A program made the position numbers and the translations under genes. The notes below the pieces were generated by a model that was given only the letters and a program-made list of their open reading frames with translations, had not been told where the DNA came from and ran no database searches. Positions 54,572 to 59,051 of a stretch of DNA of 59,051 nt are shown here, in pieces. Source of the stretch: an uncultured Elusimicrobia bacterium (GTDB lineage: Bacteria; Elusimicrobiota; Elusimicrobia; F11). The stretch is taken from NCBI GenBank assembly GCA_964405835.1, contig CAYOPN010000007.1, positions 1 through 59,051 of the forward strand. The letters are read 5' to 3'. How positions within the stretch are numbered: position 1 is the stretch's first letter; each line of letters starts with the position of its first letter.

Positions 54572-55915
54572 ATGACAAGTGTACGCAGTAGAATTCTGTT
54601 TTTCTTCACGCTATTCGCGGTCGCGTCGATGCTGGCGGTCTACGTCAGCAGCCGCAGCACGCGGTCGATCGGAAGCGTGGCCAACACGGTAATCAATCAG
54701 CACATGCCGATGGTGCTGGCGTTGAACGAAATGGAAATTTCGCTCCAGAAACAGGACAACAGCATCCACCGTTATCTGATCACCAGCGACAAGGTGCTTC
54801 TCGATGAATATGAGAAGCAGCGCTTGAACTACGAGCGCGCCGCCCAAGAAGCCCGCAAATATTCCACCGAAGACGTCGAGGAAGACAAGCTTATTGAAGT
54901 CGACGAGCTTTACGCGCAATACGACGGTCTTAACCGTCAGGTCCTTATGAGCCACCGGCGCGACCCCGCCCGTTCGGTCCGTTTGCTCGACAGTAAAGAT
55001 CAATTCTTGGTGCGCATTCAGGCGCTTGTGGACGAAATTGAGGCGATCCGCAGCGGCATGACCATCGTTCGCAAAGAACAAGTGCGCGAGACATTGCGCC
55101 GCCATGGCATTGTAGCTTACGGTTTTCTTGCGATCATCGCGGCCTGTTTTATTGTTTTGTGGGTCTATTTGTTCCGCTATTTGGTGCAGCCGCTCAGCCT
55201 GCTGTTGGAAGGTATCCGCAACTTCACGCGCGGCAACACCGAAGTGCAGATCCCCCGGATCGGGAAAGACGAACTCGGCGAACTCCAGGACGCGTTCAAC
55301 GAAATGTCCCGCGAGATCGCGGTCGAGCGCAAGAAACTTCGCAACGAGTCCCAGAGCGACGCGCTCACGGGCCTTTTCAATATGCGGTATTTCCGCATGC
55401 AACTGGCCGAAGAGTTTTCTCGCTCGCAGCGCTATGGCCGCCCATTGACGTTGCTCATGATCGACGTGGACCATTTCAAGGCGTACAACGATCGCAACGG
55501 TCACCCGGCCGGCGACATCGTTCTGAAAGAAGTTTCGCGCATCTTTATTCGCAACGTGCGCGGCACGGACATTGTTGCACGTTACGGTGGCGAAGAATTT
55601 GTGGTGCTTTTGCCCGAGACCCCCTTGGATTCCGGTGTCAGCGTGGCCGAGAAAATCCGCAAAGCCGTTGAGGAACATTATTTCCCGTTCGCCGGATCGC
55701 AGGGCGGACAGAAAATCACGGTGTCGATCGGTGTGGCGTCCTATCCGGACGTGCACGTGACGAGCGACCAGGACTTGATCGAGTCATCCGACAAAGCGCT
55801 TTATTCCGCCAAAAAAGACGGCCGCAACCGCGTCTATATTTCTTCCAAAACAGAAGGAAATATTTCGTTCGCCATTTATCAGTCGGCCGAAAAAACCACC
55901 GCCGGCAAGAATTAG
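54572..55915 (+). CDS. Membrane diguanylate cyclase (periplasmic sensor, HAMP, GGDEF)
   Basis: Two TMs, HAMP (KDELGELQDAFNEM), DALTGL, DVDHFK, GD, RYGGEEF with RGTD I-site. Confidence 0.94.
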   Translation: MTSVRSRILFFFTLFAVASMLAVYVSSRSTRSIGSVANTVINQHMPMVLALNEMEISLQKQDNSIHRYLITSDKVLLDEYEKQRLNYERAAQEARKYSTEDVEEDKLIEVDELYAQYDGLNRQVLMSHRRDPARSVRLLDSKDQFLVRIQALVDEIEAIRSGMTIVRKEQVRETLRRHGIVAYGFLAIIAACFIVLWVYLFRYLVQPLSLLLEGIRNFTRGNTEVQIPRIGKDELGELQDAFNEMSREIAVERKKLRNESQSDALTGLFNMRYFRMQLAEEFSRSQRYGRPLTLLMIDVDHFKAYNDRNGHPAGDIVLKEVSRIFIRNVRGTDIVARYGGEEFVVLLPETPLDSGVSVAEKIRKAVEEHYFPFAGSQGGQKITVSIGVASYPDVHVTSDQDLIESSDKALYSAKKDGRNRVYISSKTEGNISFAIYQSAEKTTAGKN

Positions 55916-56550
55916 TGTTTCGAAAGAATCAGGACGTTCCCGCCTTACTCAAAAACCTCAAGGCTGTTTACTCAAACCCGGAGTGTGCGTTAACCCACAG
56001 CTCGCCGCTGGAGCTTTTGGTCGCCACCATTCTCTCCGCTCAATGCACCGACGAACGCGTCAATAAAATCACGCCCGCGTTGTTCAAGCGTTACCGCCGC
56101 GCTGCCGATTACGCGTCCGCCGATCCGCTCGAGCTGGAAAAGCTGATCCATTCGGCCGGTTTCTATCGGAACAAAGCCAAGTCCATCATGGGCATGGCGA
56201 AGATCGTGTCGGAAAAATTTGGCGGTGATATTCCGAAAGAAATGGAAAAGCTTTTGGAGCTGCCCGGCGTGGCGCGCAAGACCGCCAACGTGCTTTTGGG
56301 CGTGGCGTTTAAAAAAGCGGTCGGTGTTGTTGTTGATACGCACGTGATGAGGCTGTCGAACCGGCTCGGTCTTAGTAAGCAAAAGTCACCCGAAAAAATT
56401 GAACAGGATTTAATGAAAGCGGTGCCCCAGAGTGATTGGATCTGGCTGTCGCACGCGTTGATCATGCACGGTCGCCGCGTGTGCAAGGCGCGCAACCCTG
56501 AATGCCAAAGCTGCCCCATCCGCAAGAATTGCGCCAATCCGGAAATATGA
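55915..56550 (+). CDS. nth: Endonuclease III
   Basis: ILSAQCTD, LPGVARKTA, VDTHV and C-x6-C-x2-C-x5-C motifs. Confidence 0.96.
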   Translation: MFRKNQDVPALLKNLKAVYSNPECALTHSSPLELLVATILSAQCTDERVNKITPALFKRYRRAADYASADPLELEKLIHSAGFYRNKAKSIMGMAKIVSEKFGGDIPKEMEKLLELPGVARKTANVLLGVAFKKAVGVVVDTHVMRLSNRLGLSKQKSPEKIEQDLMKAVPQSDWIWLSHALIMHGRRVCKARNPECQSCPIRKNCANPEI

Positions 56551-56954
56551 ACCGCGATCCGCGCTACTTAAAAGGCATTGAGCACTTCAATAAGCGCGAG
56601 TTCTTCGATGCGCACGAAACCTGGGAAGATCTTTGGAACGACGAACACGGCGAGGCGCACGCGTTCGTGCAAGGGTTGATACAATTTGCGACGTCGCTGC
56701 ATCACTTTGAGGCGCACAATTTGAAAGGGACAAAATTGCTTTACGAGGCTGGCGTTGAATTGTTGCGGCCCTATGGAAATGAGTATTGGGGGCTTCCGGT
56801 AAAAAAACTGATTGATGACATGACCGCTTGCGTAAAAGACGTGTTGCCGTACAAGCAATCGGATTTGCCGGGGCGGTATCATGCGGACAAAGAAAAATTT
56901 CCGGTGCAAATCCAAGACGCGTTGGTGCCCAGGATCAAATTGAAGGAGAATTAA
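56547..56954 (+). CDS. DUF309 family protein
   Basis: GIEHFNKREFFDAHETWEDLW, QGLIQ motifs. Confidence 0.88.
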   Translation: MNRDPRYLKGIEHFNKREFFDAHETWEDLWNDEHGEAHAFVQGLIQFATSLHHFEAHNLKGTKLLYEAGVELLRPYGNEYWGLPVKKLIDDMTACVKDVLPYKQSDLPGRYHADKEKFPVQIQDALVPRIKLKEN

Positions 56955-57490
56955 TGCCGCAGAAAAAACTTTGGTTCAGCATGGACTTGCGCGACCTGCT
57001 TTATTGTTTCGTTTGCGGAAACAAATTGCGCAAGGAACCCATTCCCGGTGACAAAAAGAAACGGCTTGTTTGTGTGTCATGCCGCCATATCAGTTACACC
57101 AATCCAAAGTCCGTGGCGGGCCTTATTCCACTGATGCCTGACGGCCGGGTTGCCTTGCTGCGCCGCAATCTTGAGCCGGGGTTCGGCAAATGGTCCTTTC
57201 CGGCCGGTTTTCAAGAACTGGGAGAGAGTTCGACAGACGCGGCCGCGCGGGAAACCATGGAAGAAATTTGCGCGCGCGCCAAAGCGACCAGATTGCTGGG
57301 AGTCTATTCATATCCGGAATCGAACGTGGTGACGGTTGTGTACGTGGGTAAAGTGCTCCGCGGCGAGCGACCGCATCCGGGCGTTGAATCAATCGAAGTG
57401 AAATATTTCCGGCCCGCCGAGATCCCCTGGAAGGATCTGGCTTTCCGTAGCACGCGCGAAGCATTAAAGGACTGGGTGAAATCACGATGA
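56954..57490 (+). CDS. NUDIX hydrolase with N-terminal Zn ribbon
   Basis: CFVCG...CVSC, NPK, and WSFPAGFQELGES..AAARETMEE Nudix box. Confidence 0.92.
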   Translation: MPQKKLWFSMDLRDLLYCFVCGNKLRKEPIPGDKKKRLVCVSCRHISYTNPKSVAGLIPLMPDGRVALLRRNLEPGFGKWSFPAGFQELGESSTDAAARETMEEICARAKATRLLGVYSYPESNVVTVVYVGKVLRGERPHPGVESIEVKYFRPAEIPWKDLAFRSTREALKDWVKSR

Positions 57491-58287
57491 CGCTGCCGTT
57501 CCCGATAAAACGCCCCATTATTTTTTTCGACCTCGAGACCACCGGCCTTGATCAGAAATACGACCGCATCATTGAGATCGGCGCGGTCAAGATCCATCCG
57601 GACGGGAAGCGCGAGACCTACACGCAACGCATCAATCCGCAGATGCGGATTGCGGCCGAGATCACGGCTCTGACCGGGATCTCCAATGAAGACGTCGCGG
57701 CCATGCCCACGTTTGCGCAAGCGGCCCCGCAGATAGACACCTTTTTCAAGGGATGCGACCTGGGCGGCTACAACATTGCGCGGTTTGACACGAAAGTCAT
57801 GATTGAGGAATTCAAGCGCGTTGGTATGAACTTCAAAATGGAAGAACGCGCTGTGATCGATTCGCAGGTCATTTTCCATCAAAAGGAAAAACGCGACCTT
57901 TCGGCCGCGTACAAGTTTTATTGCAACAAGGACCTGACCTCGGCCCATTCAGCGCAGGCCGACATCGATGCGACGCTGGATGTTTTTCTATCGCAGATGG
58001 AACGATATCCGGACCTGCCGCGCGACCTGCAGGCGCTGCACAACTTCTGCCGCGGCACGCAAGACCGGTTCGTGGATTCGGAAGGAAAGTTCTTCTGGCG
58101 GGACGGCGAGGCCGTGTTCAATTTCGGGAAGTACAAGTCACAAACGCTGAAGCAGGTGGCGAAATCCTATCCGGAATATCTGAACTGGGTGATCTCGCCC
58201 GAGCGGCAATTCGCCCAGGACGTGATCGACATCTGCTACAAGGCGATGAAGGGCGAATTCCCTAAGAAACCGGAAGCAATTTCTTAA
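57487..58287 (+). CDS. DEDDh 3'-5' exonuclease (DnaQ/PolC-like)
   Basis: [15 protein letters not shown] and AHSAQAD motifs; C-terminal FNFGKYK domain. Confidence 0.92.
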   Translation: MTLPFPIKRPIIFFDLETTGLDQKYDRIIEIGAVKIHPDGKRETYTQRINPQMRIAAEITALTGISNEDVAAMPTFAQAAPQIDTFFKGCDLGGYNIARFDTKVMIEEFKRVGMNFKMEERAVIDSQVIFHQKEKRDLSAAYKFYCNKDLTSAHSAQADIDATLDVFLSQMERYPDLPRDLQALHNFCRGTQDRFVDSEGKFFWRDGEAVFNFGKYKSQTLKQVAKSYPEYLNWVISPERQFAQDVIDICYKAMKGEFPKKPEAIS

Positions 58288-58879
58288 AGCTGATAATTTC
58301 GTCGACGAGGCCGTAGGCCTTCGCTTCTTCCGCCGACATGTAGTAGTTCCGTTCGCTGTCTTCCTGCACTTTCTTGACCGGTTGGTTGCAATGCAAAGCG
58401 ATGATGGAATTGAGCCGTTCCTTGGTCTCGGCCATTTCCTTGGCCTCAATCTCGATGTCGGTCACCTGCCCTGAAATCCCGTCCCCGTAAATCAACGGCT
58501 GATGGATCATGATCCGCGAATTCGGAAGGCAAAAGCGTTTTCCTTTGGTCCCCGCCGCCAGTAGCACCGCTCCGAAGGACATGGCCATTCCCATGCAGAT
58601 CGTCGTGATGGGGGACTTGATGTATTGCATCGTGTCGTAGATGGCGAGACCGGCCGTGACCATGCCGCCGGGGGAATTGATGTAGAGGTTGATTTCTTTA
58701 TCGGGGTCTTCCGATTCTAAATAAAGCAATTGGGCAATGATCATGTTCGCCGAGTCGGTGTCCACCTGCCCACCGAAACCGCCCACAAACAAAATCCGGT
58801 CCTTGAGAAGCCGCGAGTAAATATCGTAGGTGACGGCGGCGCCTTGGTTCCAACGTTCGAGAATTGTGGGGACGATCAT
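58262..58879 (-). CDS. clpP: ATP-dependent Clp protease proteolytic subunit
   Basis: [26 protein letters not shown] and IMIHQP motifs; 26-nt convergent overlap with the exonuclease gene. Confidence 0.96.
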   Translation of the reverse strand: MIVPTILERWNQGAAVTYDIYSRLLKDRILFVGGFGGQVDTDSANMIIAQLLYLESEDPDKEINLYINSPGGMVTAGLAIYDTMQYIKSPITTICMGMAMSFGAVLLAAGTKGKRFCLPNSRIMIHQPLIYGDGISGQVTDIEIEAKEMAETKERLNSIIALHCNQPVKKVQEDSERNYYMSAEEAKAYGLVDEIISFKKLLPVS

Positions 58880-59051
58880 GTGAGGGGCTCCTTGCTTGCC
58901 GGGCTGTTTGGCGAGCTTGTGTTTTGTGGGCTTTTATCATTTTTCCGGTACATCAAAACCCCAACCACGACCGCCGTGAAGAAAAGCGCGTCGCTAAACG
59001 AATACCCCCCGAGAAGAATGCTGTCAGACAACAGCGGTCCCGCCAGCATCA
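58876..59051 (-). CDS. 3' end of a membrane protein, truncated by window edge
   Basis: Open frame ..[38 protein letters not shown], with ATGA overlap to clpP. Confidence 0.5.
   Translation of the reverse strand, partial: MLAGPLLSDSILLGGYSFSDALFFTAVVVGVLMYRKNDKSPQNTSSPNSPASKEPLT

Overview
A 59 kb GC-rich bacterial window. The PorV/PorP-like barrel, type-B T9SS-style C-terminal domain and FN3 giant suggest an Elusimicrobiota-like or related diderm; this is inference only. Positions 1-27 kb and 52.9-59 kb are mostly housekeeping genes (queG, tpiA, rpiB, mtnP, hemB, hemL, pabB/pabC, hisG, gltX, nth, clpP). Between them lie a ~25 kb minus-strand surface-structure operon (27012-51990) and a VanZ-family gene. 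Operon order: Rrf2 regulator, 4761-aa beta-helix/FN3 adhesin, one divergent plus four near-identical secreted 214-aa subunits with a putative two-domain chaperone between them, an FN3 protein with a gliding-motility-type CTD, an outer-membrane barrel, and a membrane-anchored propeller. Best candidate for an undescribed system: the subunits share an N-terminal strand (A-[VS]-[TS]-DSLT-[VI]-x-I-x-P). The adhesin ends in a subunit-like domain lacking that strand, while the FN3-CTD protein has the strand but no subunit domain. This fits a donor-strand-exchange fibre (tip adhesin, adaptor, shaft, anchor) with no usher or sortase, tethered through a T9SS-like CTD/barrel pair. Other notable items: a DnaA-like ATPase lacking domain IV paired with a protein carrying a paralogous C-terminal domain, palindromic repeats translated in frame in two adjacent genes, a 25-bp inverted repeat that encodes a lipoprotein signal peptide, a minimal secretin with a Flp pilin, and a Fic-HTH gene with a clear operator. 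No rRNA, tRNA, CRISPR array or transposase was recognised.
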